A stretch of 55,344 nucleotides of DNA from Mustelus asterias (GCF_964213995.1 NW_027590307.1:434001-489344), one strand, 5' to 3'; positions 13,211-24,815 are shown, numbered from the stretch's first letter. The notes: generated from the sequence alone by a model not told the origin. Program-made: numbers and translations.

Positions 13211-13767
13211 CGGTTTGCGTGTCGTACTGTTTGCAGTTTGGGTGACTTTATCTGAGGAAGGATGTCCTTGCTATAGAGGGAATACAGCAAAGCTTTCCTG
13301 GGATGGCAGGTCTGTCATATCAGGACAGACTAAATCGGTTAGGATTATATTCACTGGAGTTTAGGGGAGTGAGAGGGAATCTCATAGAAACTTTATTAAA
13401 TTCTCACAGAATTGGACAGGGTGGATTCAGAAAGAATCTTCCTGATGACGGGGCGTCCAGAACTAGGGGTTATAGTTTGAGGATAAGGGGTAAACCTTTT
13501 AGAACTGAGGTGAGGAGAAATTTCTTCACCCAGAGGGTGGTGAATGTGTGGAATTCACTACCACAGAAAGTAGTTGAGGCCAAAACATTGTCTGATTTCA
13601 ATAAGAAATTAGATTTGGCTCTTGGGGCTAAAGGGATCAAGGGATATGGGGAGGAAGAGGGGGATCAGGATATTGAATTCGATGATCAGCCATGATCATA
13701 ATGAATGGAGCAGCAGGCTCGAAGGGCCGAATGGCCTCCTCCAGCTTCTCGATTCCATTTTCTATGT
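13211..13767 (+). mobile_element. CR1 LINE 3' fragment with AACAGGC target-site duplication
   Basis: LSYQDRLNRLGLYSLEFR..TQRVVNVWNSLP and a CR1 tail; AACAGGC on both sides. Confidence 0.85.
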
Positions 13768-13949
13768 AACAGGCAGCTCTTCAGATATTGACCTAACATT
13801 TTAAGCAATAAGACTTAAAATGCATGACTAGATTTAAAATGATCAGAGACAGACAGATTGTTCTGGAGTGACTTGTTAATCTGATAATGGGGCCTGTAAT
13901 CATCACAATAGGTGATTGGTGGCATTTACACAATGTCCCCTATCCAGAA

Positions 13950-14521
13950 TGTAGAGGGAGATTTACTCTGTATCTAACCCCGTGCTGTACCTGTCCTGGG
14001 AGTGTTTGATGGGGACAGTGTAGAGGGAGATTTACTCTGTATCTAACCCTGTGCTGTACCTGTCCTGGGAGTGTTTGATGGGGACAGTGTGGAGGGAGCT
14101 TTACTCTGTATCTAACCCTGTGCTGTACCTGTCCTGGGAGTGTTTGATGGGGACAGTGTAGAGGGAGCTTCACTCTGTATCTTACCCCGTGCTGTACCTG
14201 TCCTGCGAGTGTTTGATGGGAACAGTGTAGAAGGTGCTTTACTCAGTATCTAACCCCGTGCTGTCCCTGTCCTGGGAGTGTTTGATGGGGACAGTGTAGA
14301 GGGAGCTTCACTCTGTATCTTACCCCGTGCTGTACCTGTCCTGCGAGTGTTTGATGGGAACAGTGTAGAAGGTGCTTTACTCAGTATCTAACCCCATGCT
14401 GTACCTGTCCTGGGAGTGTTTGATGGGGACAGTGTAGAGGGAGATTTACTCTGTATCTAACCCCGTGCTGTACCTGTCCTGGGAGTGTTTGATGGGGACA
14501 GTGTAGAGGGAGCTTCACTCT
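13950..14521 (+). repeat. 69-bp minisatellite, about 8 units
   Basis: Same unit as 11020-11452, in duplication copy 2. Confidence 0.95.
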
Positions 14522-15143
14522 AGATCGCTGGCAGTAACCAAATTCTTCACTTCTGATCCTCCATGTGGTGAGAGAGGTCACTAATCTCTGTCCCACACTC
14601 TTCTGGTGTAACCCCAAGTGTATAAAAGAATCTTAGAATAGAATCTCACTGTTGTCTACGAGGATCAGGCTCCATCTCATGTTCTTTCTTATTAGGCATA
14701 GTCCTTTCTGAAACGTTATCGTTGCCAGGAAGTTGTCATATTGTTACTGGCCTGTTGCCTGTTGCATACTAAATCCAACATTGGGTTGTTTACTGCCCGG
14801 AAACATTCATGCCACAAGTCAATGCGTGCCAGGCAAGGACCAAGGCCAACAGGGGAGGATCTAACCATCGCCCCTTGACATTCGATGGCATTACCATCGC
14901 TCAGTCCCCCACTATCAACATCCTGGAGCATAGCTCAAGAGATAGATTATAAAACAGGGAGTTGCGATTGTATCGAACTTTGCTAAGGCCACAGTTGGAG
15001 TACTGTGTGCAGTTCTGGTCACCACATAATAGGAAGGATGTGATTGCACTGGAGGGGGTGCAGAGGAGATTCACCAGGATGTTGCCTGGGATGGAATCTT
15101 TAAGTTACGAAGAGAGGTTGCGTAAGCTTGGGTTGTTTTCGTT

Positions 15144-16051
15144 GAGCAGAGAAGCTACGACATCTTCTCCGGAGTCTTCAACATGTCATTGATGAAAACA
15201 AACATCTCGCCAAGGCCATCACCACACCCCCACATCTTGCCTTCAAACAACCGCGTAACCTCAAACAGACCATTGTCCGCAGCAAACTACCCAGCCTTCA
15301 GGAGAACAGTGACCACAACAACACGCAACCCTGCCACAGCAACCTCTGCAAGACGTGCCGGATCATCGACACAGATGCCATCATCTCACGCAGCACACCA
15401 TCCACCAGGTACACGGTACATACTCTTGCAACTCGGCCAACGTTGTCTACCTGATACGCTGCAGGAAAGGATGTCCCGAGGCATGGTACATTGGGGAAAC
15501 CATGCAGACGCTGTGACAATGGATGAATGAACACCGCTCGACAATCACCAGGCAAGAGTGCTCTCTTCCTGTTGGGGAGGACTTCGCGGTCACGGGCATT
15601 CGGCCTCTGACCTTCGGGTAAGCGTTCTCCAAGGCGGCCTTCACAACACACGACAACACAGAGTCGCTGAGCAGAAACTGATAGCCAAGTTCCGCACACG
15701 TGAGGACGGCCTAAACCAGGATCTTGGTTTCATGTCACACTATCTGTAACCCCCACGACTTGCCTAGGCTTGCAAAATCTCACTAACTGTCCTGTCTGGA
15801 GACAATACACATCTCTTTAACCTGTGCTTAACGCTCTCTCCACTCACATTGTCTGTACCTTTAAGACTTGATTAGCTGTAAAGACTCGCATTCCAACCAT
15901 TATTTTGTAAATTGAGTTTGTGTCTCTGTATGCCCTGTTTGTGAACAGGACTCCCACTTACCTGACGAGGGAGCAGCGCTCCGAAAGCTAGTGGCGTTTG
16001 CTCCCAAATAAACCTGTTGGACTTTAACCTGGTGTTGTGAGACTTCTTACT
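15144..16051 (+). mobile_element. Penelope-like element inserted in a CR1 fragment
   Basis: GIY-YIG region flanked by duplicated TTGTTTTCGTTG; CR1 sequence resumes at 16052. Confidence 0.9.
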
Positions 16052-16100
16052 TTGTTTTCGTTGGAGCAGAGAAGAGTGAGGGGTGGCCTGATGGAGGTGT

Positions 16101-16870
16101 GGACGGAAAAATAACGGCTACAACAATGATTTCACAACAAGAATGGCAATAGTGGCTTTAAAATGGCTATTCTGGCTGAGAGTGAAGCATGCTGGGAATT
16201 TTGGTCAACGTATAGATTAAAACCAGATGCAGGTCGTAAAGAGGCTCTGGTCTGGGAGCTGTGATCTGAAGCTTCCTGTGTTGGTCAGATCAGGGAAGTT
16301 GTTTACATTAACTGATACATTGTGGCTCCGATTTATGGCTGCTGTGTTTGGGACATGTAAAATGAACTCAAGCATCATGGCTTCGTTCAAAAGTAATTTC
16401 ACTGGATGTTCGAGCCATGTGATAAGTTTCTGGTAACACAATTAGCCGGATGATAGAGAATCTTCCGAAAGCAAGTGGAGAATTGTGGATAAAAGATATG
16501 TGAATCCTTTGTTTGACAGCTATGATTCCAAAGAGAATAACCATCGCAACAAAGCTTGTACCCTGAAGAATGCTTCAGAGAGAAGAAAATTGACTCTACA
16601 GCGAGGATATTTCTTGGCCAAGGTTTTCCTAGCTCGGTAGCATCTATTTTCAGTTCAATAGTTAAAATTGATGTTCAGTTCGAGTTTAAGTGCAGTTTAA
16701 GAGTTAAAGTTCAGTTGAAAGTTGATGTTCAGTTAGAGTCAAAATTCAGTGAAGAGTTGCAACTGATTATGTTTGAGTTGGTACTAGAAGTATTAAATAA
16801 AGGAATAATTGAATTACTGTCTTTGTTTGTCTCTTTAAACTGGAATGCTTGGAAACATGCTTGTATAACA
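16101..16870. mobile_element. Unclassified ~770-bp insertion (LTR-like) splitting a CR1 fragment
   Basis: The CR1 text GAGGTGT|ACAAGATTATGAG is interrupted here. The insert has AATAAA near 16796 and ends ...TATAACA; no clear TSD. Confidence 0.45.
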
Positions 16871-16873
16871 GAC

Positions 16874-17226
16874 TTGTACAAGATTATGAGAGACATGGAC
16901 AGAGTGGATAAGGAGCAGCTGTTCCCCTTAGTTGAAGAATCAGCCACAAGGGGACATAGATTCAAGGTGAGGGACAGGAAGTTTTGGGGGATGTGAGGAA
17001 AAAGGTTTTTACCCAGAGGGTGGTGACGGTCTGGAATGCGCTGCCTGGGAGGGTGGTAGAGGCGGGATGCCTCACATCCTTTAAGAAGTATCTGGATGAG
17101 CACTCGGCACGCCATAACATTCAGGGCTATGGGCCAAATGCTGGCAGATGGGATTGGGAGGGAGTTCAGACTTCACACGTGGCAGTGTGGATCGAAGGGC
17201 CTCTTCTGCACTGTATGATTCTATGC
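16874..17226 (+). mobile_element. CR1 LINE 3' end (continuation of the CR1 at 14930-15143/16052-16100)
   Basis: YKIMRDMDRVD..FTQRVVTVWNALP and tail GGGCCTCTTCTGCACTGTATGATTCTATG. Confidence 0.85.
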
Positions 17227-17227
17227 A

Positions 17228-17860
17228 GGTTACCATTGACCAGAAACTGAACTGGACCAGCCATATAAATACTGTGGCTACAAGGGCAGGTTAGAGGCTG
17301 GGAATCCTGCAGTGAGTAACTCACCTCCTGACTTTCCAAAGCCTGTTCACCATCTACAAGGCACAAGTCAGGAGTATAATTGAATACTCTCCACTTGCCT
17401 GGATGAGTGCAGCTCCAACAACACTCAAGAAGCTCAATACTCAAGCAAACCCACTTGATTGGCACCCCTTCCACAAACATTCACTCCCTCCACCACCAAT
17501 GCACAGTGACAGCCGTGTGTACCATCTACAAGATGCACTACAGGATCTCACCTTCAACAGCACCTTCCAAACCCATGACCATTACTATCCAGAAGAACAA
17601 GAGCAGCAGATACCAGCATACACCACCACCTGGAGATTCCCCTCCAAGTCACTCACCATCCTGACTTGGAAATATATCACCGTTCCTTCACTGTCGCTGG
17701 GTCAAAATCTTGGAAATCCCTCCGTAACAGCACTGGGGGTGTACCTACACCTCAGGGACTGCCGTGGTTCAAGAAAGCAGCTCACCACCACCTTCTCAAG
17801 GTGCAATTAGGGATGGGCAATAAATGCTGACCTAGCCCACATACTGTAAATGAATAAAAA
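17228..17860 (+). mobile_element. 3' fragment of a second LINE family (CR1/L2-like clade)
   Basis: IYKAQVRS..EYSPLAWMSAAPTTLKKL, ending GGGATGGGCAATAAATGCT; same family at 44118-44910 and 47860-48535. Confidence 0.75.
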
Positions 17861-18046
17861 TAGATTCTCTCCTCACTCTGAAATCTAATGGTATGGCACA
17901 CTCACACAGTCACATGGACAAACACTCTCAGGAAAAGTACAATTAATGAGAATAGTGCACCTTTATGGGTTATAAACAAGAAGGAATGTTTCATAATTCA
18001 TTGTCCTGTGCATTTTTAGGCTTGTCGGAAAATGTCTTTGCTCCTT

Positions 18047-18695
18047 AAGAACATAAGAAAATAAGAACTAGGAGCAGGAGTAGGCCATCTGGCCCCTCGA
18101 GCCTGCTCCACCATTCAATAAGATCATGGTTGATCTTTTTGTGGACTCAGCTCCACTTACCCGCCCGCTCACCATAACCCTTAATTCCTTTACTGTTCAA
18201 AAATTTATCTATCCTTGCCTTAAAAACATTCCATGAGGTAGCCTCAACTGCTTCACTGGGCAGGGAATTCCACAGATTCACAACCCTTTGTGTGAAGAAG
18301 TTCCTCCTCAACTCAGTCCTAAACCTGCTCCCCCTTATTTTGAGGCTATGCCCCCTAGTTCTAGTTTCACCCGCCAGTGGAAACAACTTCCTTGCTTCTA
18401 TCTTATCTATTCCCTTCATAATCTTATATGTTTCTATAAAATCTCCCCTCATTCTTCTGAATTCCAATGAGTATAGGCCCAGTCTACTCAGTCTCTCCTC
18501 ATAAGCCAACCCTCTCAACTCCGGAATCAACCTGGTGAATCTCCTCTGCACCCCCTCCAGTGCCAGTATATCCTTTCTCAAGTAAGGAGACAAAAACTGT
18601 ACACAGTACTCCAGGTGTGGCCTCACCAACACCTTATACAGCTGCAACATAACCTCGCTGTTTTTAAACTCCATCCCTCTCGCAATGAAGGACAA
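18047..18695 (-). mobile_element. CR1 LINE 3' end
   Basis: Open 182-aa C-terminal ORF2 frame plus tail with (TTCTTA)-type repeats. Confidence 0.92.
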
Positions 18696-18925
18696 TTAAG
18701 TGCAATTCAGGTCAGTGCAACAGGCCCTGGCCATATTGTGTGCTTCACCACTCGTGGGTTTTTATATGAGGTGGAGTGTGAAATGCAAAGGATATGATTC
18801 ACTCCAGCTTCCCCTCTGCCCTATCCTGATTTTACACTGGGTCGGGCAAGGCCATGGATGTGAAGCCCGCCCTTGCCGCAGTTGAATCCCTGAAGTGACC
18901 AATTCTTAGCTTCTCAAGACTTGTT

Positions 18926-19178
18926 TCATAAAATCCCGACAGAGCAGAAGGAGGCCATTTGGCCCATCGAGTCTGCACCGACCACAATACTACCCAGGCC
19001 CTACCCCCATAACCCCATGTATTTACCCTAACTAGTCCCCCCCTGACACTAAGGGAGAATTTAGCATGTCCAATCCACCTAACCCACACATCTTTGGACT
19101 GTGGGAGGAAACCGGAGCACCCGGAGGAAACCCACGCAGACACGGGGAGAATGTGCAAACTCCACACAGACAGTGATC
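18926..19178 (-). mobile_element. HE1-type V-SINE, 5'-truncated
   Basis: V-domain and tail match the other copies. Confidence 0.85.
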
Positions 19179-19514
19179 CAAACTGGCCAGCCAGTTTCCC
19201 GGCCAGCTTCAATGGTTAGGCTGGCGGGAGGATTGAACTCGTGTGGGGGAAGGCCGAACACCAACAGAGTTTGGTCCCGGGTGGGAATTGATAGTAGAGC
19301 CAGAGGGTGGGGGAATGCCTCATTCAGAAACCCCCTTCTCAAGTTCGGCAGCCCCATCATTCTTAAGGCTCAGTTGCTCCCTTCCCATATCCAGCCTCAC
19401 CCTTGAGATCCAGATCATCCCTCCGCGCCCTCTCCTCCATCTCCCTGTGCCTTCCCTGTCCTCCCTCATCCCTGGGACTCCGTGAGCTTACCCAGGCCTC
19501 CAGTACCCAGCTGG

Positions 19515-20397
19515 ACTTACGGATAGCGAAGAGCATTGTCGGGCAACACAGCAGGATATAGATAGGCTGGAAAATTGGGCGGAGAGGTGGCAGATGGAGT
19601 TTAATCCGGATAAATGCGAAGTGATGCATTTTGGAAGAAATAATGTAGGGAGGAGTTATACAATAAATGGCAGAGTCATCAGGAGTATAGAAACACAGAG
19701 GGACCTAGGTGTGCAAGTCCACAAATCCTTGAAGGTGGCAACACAGGTGGAGAAGGTGGTGAAGAAGGCATATGGTATGCTTGCCTTTATAGGACGGGGT
19801 ATAGAGTATAAAAGCTGGAGTTTGATGATGCAGCTGTATAGAACGCTGGTTAGGCCACATTTGGAGTACTGCGTCCAGTTCTGGTCGCCGCACTACCAGA
19901 AGGACGTGGAGGCGTTAGAGAGAGTGCAGAGAAGGTTTACCAGGATGTTGCCTTGTATGGAGGGTCTTAGCTATGAGGAGAGATTGGGTAAACTGGGGTT
20001 GTTCTCCCTGGAAAGACGGAGAATGAGGGGAGATCTAATAGAGGTGTACAAGATTATGAAGGGTATAGATAGGGTGAACAGTGGGAAGCTTTTTCCCAGA
20101 TCAGAAGTGACGTTCACGAGGGGTCACGGGCTCAAGATGAGAGGGGCGAAGTATAACTCAGATATTAGAGGGACGTTTTTTACACAGAGGGTGGTGGGGG
20201 CCTGGAATGCGCTGCCAAGTAGGGTGGTGGAGGCAGGCACGCTGACATCGTTTAAGACTTACCTGGATAGTCACATGAGCAGCCTGGGAATGGAGGGATA
20301 CAAACGATTGGTCTAGTTGGACCAAGGAGCGGCACAGGCTTGGAGGGCCGAAGGGCCTGTTTCCTGTGCTGTACTGTTCTTTGTTCTTTGTTCTTTA
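19515..20397 (+). mobile_element. CR1 LINE 3' end, young-looking
   Basis: Uninterrupted 240-aa frame FNPDKCEVMHFG..RPHLEYCVQFWSP..WNALP; tail (TTCTTTG)n. Confidence 0.93.
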
Positions 20398-20867
20398 ACC
20401 TGAGATGACCTCCTGCAGTTCTTCCTCCGGCCACCTGCAGCGCTGTTGGGGCTGGCACCAGAGAGCTGCTGGCCAATCAGATTGGTCTCAAAGCTGGGTC
20501 CTCCTCCTGAGTGAGGGGGGAGGGGGGGGGGGGGCAGAGGACCTGCCTGCAGCCACTCGATGCTCACTCGCACATGCGCCAAAAGGCTTCGAGGCACTGG
20601 GAAGGCAGGAAGCAAGTCATGTGAAATATTCACACCAATGTGCTGAAGTGGTTTTTGGAACTCTCCCGAGGAGAAGATAAAACTGGGCAGAATTGTGAGC
20701 TGTGAGGAGGATACGGCCAGGCTTCACAGTGAGTTGGACAAGTTGAGTGAGTGGGAAAACACATGGCTGATTCAGTACAACATGGCCACATTTGAACTTA
20801 TCTACTTTGGTGTGAGAAACAGAAAGGAAGAGTATCATTTAAATGGGGATATATTGGGAAGTGTGGA

Positions 20868-21215
20868 TCATAGAATCCTACATTGGAGAAGGAGGCCATT
20901 CGGCCCATCGAATTTGCACCGACCACAATCCCACTCAGACCGTATTCCCATAACCCCACATATTTACCCTGCTCATCCTGTGACACAGTAAGAAGTCTAA
21001 CAACACCAGGTTAAAGTCCAACAGCACTCAGGTTAATTTTTAGCATGGCCAATCAACCTAACCCGTACATCTTTGGAGTGTGGGGAGAAACCGGAGCACC
21101 CGGAGGAAACCCACGCAGACATGGGGAGAATGTGCAAACCCCATACAGACAGTGACCCGAGGCCGGAATTGAACCCGGGTCCCTGGTGCTGTGAGGCAGC
21201 AGCGCTCACCACTGG
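20868..21215 (-). mobile_element. HE1-type V-SINE containing a ~40-bp Penelope terminal fragment (20986-21024), nested in a CR1 spanning ~20680-21910
   Basis: SINE head, V-domain and tail present; flanking frames LDKLSEWENTW and KANGSLAFIAR..RPHLEYSVQF. Confidence 0.8.
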
Positions 21216-21630
21216 GACCCGGATGTCCTTGTAAACCAATGAATGAAAGTGGAGAGGGTGATCCAGCAAGCAATTAGGAAAGCAAATGGTAGCTTGGCTT
21301 TCATTGCAAGAGAATTTGAGTTCAGAAGTAGGGATGTCTTGCTGCAGTTACACGGGGCCTTGGTGAGACCACACCTGGAGTATTCCGTGCAGTTTAGGTC
21401 CCCCTACCTAAGAAAGGATATACTTGTCATTGAGGGAGTGCAGCAGAGGTTCACTAGGCTGATACTGGGGTTGGCGGCACTGTCCTATGAGGAGAGATTG
21501 GTTTAACCGGGCCTGTATTCACTAGAATTCAGAAGGATGAGAGGAGATCCGATTGAAACGTAGAAATTTCTAACAGGGCTGGACACACTAGATGCTGGAA
21601 GGATGTTTTCCCTGGTTGGGGAATCTAGAG

Positions 21631-21735
21631 TAAGAGGTTTAACAACACCAGGTTAAAGTAAACCTGTTGGACTTTAACCTGGTGTTGTTAAACTTCTTAC
21701 TGTGTTTACCCCAGTCCAACGCTGGCATCTCCACA
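21631..21735. mobile_element. 105-bp palindromic Penelope terminal remnant with 14-bp TSD
   Basis: TAAGAGGTTTAACAACACCAGGTTAAAGT...ACTTTAACCTGGTGTTGTTAAACTTCTTA; TGGGGAATCTAGAG at 21617-21630 and 21736-21749. Confidence 0.85.
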
Positions 21736-22996
21736 TGGGGAATCTAGAGCCAGGGGTCACAGTCTCAGGATACAGGGTAGACCATTTAGGATTGAGCTGA
21801 GGAGAAATGTCTTCACTCAGAGGACAGTGAATGCGTGGAATTCTCTGCGGAGGCCAAGTCACTGAATGTATTCAAGAGATAATTTTTTAGATTTTAATGG
21901 CATCAAGGGTCAGTATAGAAGAGGCCCTTCATCCCATCGAGCCTGCACCAACAAAACTATACTAAATCTACACAAATCCCACTTTCCAGCACTTGGCCCA
22001 TAGCCTTGTGGCTGAATGGTCTACAGAGTTTTAACTTTTAATAAGCTGAAAGAGCTTCAATCAAGCAAACCTGATTTTTGGTTAAAGTTGTTTTTTCACG
22101 ATACTGGGATGTCTTGTGACCTGGAACTTGTTAGAGGACACAGGGTGTCAAGATTTAATGGCCTGTCCTTGGCAGTGAGGAGTTCTTTACAGACGCTTGG
22201 AGCCAATGTTCCTTGGCTGGGCATTGGAATGTAAACAATGTGGACTTAAGGAGCTGACAACACGTGAGGAAGTCTGGAGTGACCAACGCCACGACTCCGC
22301 CTGTATTTGATTGGCCAAATTAAACAGTGCAATTGGGGTTCTGATCAATTCATTGGCTGGTTACCAAGGGACTCTGCTGACACAAAGGAGCCTGTTTAGA
22401 AAGGCAGTGTGAAGAACCCGGGAACCAAGCTCACAAGGAGGGACAACATCCGGAAGGAGAAGAGAACACAACTGATTCCATGTGCCAACAAAATTCTGGC
22501 CAGGTTTTAATTGCAAATGGAAATCAACCTTAAATTAAACAAAGTACCAAGTAGTGAGCATTTGGTTTGTGCAAATATTTACTATTGTTTAAGTAGCTAC
22601 AGAATAAAAGAAACTGTGTTTAAGTATGTAAAGTTGACTTTGTGTCTTTATTCGCTACAGAGGTTAAAACACAAAGTTTTAAACAACAGTCTTGACTGTT
22701 ATGACGTTTCAAGTGCTCGTCCACGTACCTTTTAAAGGTTGTGAAGCATAACCTCGGTCTCTATTGGGTTGCACATCCCTGGACTCTCATTCCACGTTAG
22801 GCCTCAAAAGCTTAGCTGGGGCTATAACTCCCAGTTAGGCAGTAAAATATTCAAGCTCTGGTTAGGCCACAAAGCCTTAGTTCTGTGTGGATTAGGCTGC
22901 ACATCCTGGGACTCCAGTTCTGGGTGAACCTGCACAGCCTGGAGCTGTCATTCTGGCTTAGGCCATAAAGTATGAAGGCTGTTGTTCTGGACCAGG

Positions 22997-24067
22997 CTAC
23001 TTGGGGCTGTCGTTCCAGTTTCTTTTTACCAGCAAATAAACCGCGGCCTCAGGCTCTGGGTTCGACAGAACAGTCTGTGCCTCAGACTGTGGGTTAGGCT
23101 GCACATCCTGGGCCTCAGGCTCCAGGTTTGACAGCACAGCCTGAGCCTCAGGCTCCGGGTTTGACAGCACAGCCTGGGCCTCAGGCTCTGGGTTTGATGG
23201 CACAGCCTGGGCCTCAGGCTCCAGGTTTGACAGCACAGCCTGAGCCTCAGGCTCCGGGTTAGACGGCACGGTCTGGGCCTCAGGCTCCGGATTTGACGGC
23301 ACGGTCTGGGCCTCAGACTCCGGGTTTGACGGCACGGTCTGGTCCTCAGGCTCTGGGTTTGACTGCACAGCCTGGGCCTCAGGCTCCGGGTTTGACTGCA
23401 CAGCCTGGGCCTCAGGCTCCGGGTTTGACGGCATGGTCTGGGCCTCAGGCTCCAGGTTAGAGGGCACAGCCTGGGCCTCAGACTCCGGGTTTGACGGCAC
23501 GGTCTGGGCCTCAGGCTCTGGGTTAGAGGGCACAGCCTGGGCCTCAGACTCCTGGTTTGACGGCACGGTCTGGGCCTCAGGCTCTGGGTTAGAGGGCACA
23601 GCTTGGGCCTCAGGCTCTGGGTTAGAGGGCACAGCCTGGGCCACAGGCTCCGGGATTGATGGCACAGCCTGGGCTTCAGGCTGTGGGTTAGATGGCACAG
23701 CCTGGGCCTCAGGCTCTGGGTTTGACTGCTCGGTCTGGTCCTCAGGCTCTGGGTTTGACTGCACAGCCTGGGCTTCAGGCTCCGGGTTTGACTGCACAGC
23801 CTGGGCCTCAGGCTCTGGGTTTGACTGCACAGCCTGGGCCTCGGGCTCCGGGTTTGACAGCACAGCCTGGGCCTCGGGCTCCGGGTTTGACAGCACAGCC
23901 TGGGCCTCGGGTTCCGGGTTTGACTGCACGGCCTGGGCCTCAGGCTCTGGGTTTGATGGCACGGCCTGGGCCTCAGGTTCCGGGTTTGACTGCACGGCCT
24001 GGGCCGTGGTTTGCTCTGGGTTTGACTGCAGAGAGCAGTGGAGGCTCTTGGAGGTAATTGAATACAT
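22997..24067 (-). CDS. Candidate coding exon/ORF built of about 33 decapeptide repeats (SNPEPEAQAV[P/Q/L]); acidic, Pro/Glu/Ala/Gln-rich, likely disordered
   Basis: 356-codon open frame. Variants among the 30-bp units are largely synonymous in this frame. ATG at 24067, acceptor-like ctccactgctctctgcag|TCA at 24025, minus-strand AATAAA at 22652-22647. Confidence 0.55.
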   Translation of the reverse strand: MYSITSKSLHCSLQSNPEQTTAQAVQSNPEPEAQAVPSNPEPEAQAVQSNPEPEAQAVLSNPEPEAQAVLSNPEPEAQAVQSNPEPEAQAVQSNPEPEAQAVQSNPEPEDQTEQSNPEPEAQAVPSNPQPEAQAVPSIPEPVAQAVPSNPEPEAQAVPSNPEPEAQTVPSNQESEAQAVPSNPEPEAQTVPSNPESEAQAVPSNLEPEAQTMPSNPEPEAQAVQSNPEPEAQAVQSNPEPEDQTVPSNPESEAQTVPSNPEPEAQTVPSNPEPEAQAVLSNLEPEAQAVPSNPEPEAQAVLSNPEPEAQAVLSNLEPEAQDVQPNPQSEAQTVLSNPEPEAAVYLLVKRNWNDSPK

Positions 24068-24105
24068 TCAAGCCAGAATCTTATCGATAAGGGAGTTGAG
24101 GTTTA

Positions 24106-24815
24106 TTGCGGGGGCGGAGGGGTGGGGTTTGGCGGGGGGGGCGGAGCGGTGGGGTTTGGCGGGGGGCGGGGGTGGAGTGGTGGGGTTTGGCGAGGGGGGT
24201 GGAGCGGTGGGGTTTGGCGGGGGGGACGGGGGCGGAGCGGTGGGGTTTGGCGGGAGGGTGGAGCGGTGGGGTTTGGCGGGGGGGACGGGGGCGGAGCGGT
24301 GGGGTTTGGCGGGGGGGGCGGGGGTGGAGCGGTGGGGTTTGGCGGGGGGCGGAGCGGTGGGGTTTGGCGGGGGGGACGGGGGCGGAGCGGTGGGGTTTGG
24401 CGGGGGGGGACGGGGGCGGAGCGGTGGGGTTTGGCGGGGGGGATGGGGGCGGAGCGGTGGGGTTTGGCGGGGGGCGGAGCGGTGGGGTTTGGCGGGGGGG
24501 CGGAGCGGTGGGGTTTGGCGGGGGGCGGAGCGGTGGGGTTTGGCGGGGGGGCGGAGCGGTGGGGTTTGGCGGGGAGGACGGGGGCGGAGCGGTGGGGTTT
24601 GGCGGGGGGGCGGAGCGGTGGGGTTTGGTGGGGGGGGCGGAGCGGTGGGGTTTGGGGTTTGGGGCGGGGGGGCGGTGCGGTGGGGTTTGGCGGGGGGGAC
24701 GGGGGCGGGGGCGGTGGGGTTTGGGGTTTGGGGCGGGGGCAGAGCGGTGGGGTTTGGCGGGGGGACGGGGGCGGAGCGGTGGGGTTTGGGGTTTGGGGCG
24801 GGGAGGGGTGGGCAG
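24106..24815 (+). repeat. G-rich, CpG-rich VNTR (GGGGCGGAGCGGTGGGGTTTGGCGGGGG..)
   Basis: Visible repeat with variable G-runs and many GGGGCGG boxes. Confidence 0.92.

Larger units (their letters stand above)
10687..15143 (+). repeat. Tandem segmental duplication: copy 1 at 10687-12074, copy 2 at 12976-15143, separated by a Penelope copy
   Basis: Near-identical unique sequence, 69-bp array and CR1 fragment occur in the same order in both copies. Confidence 0.92.
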
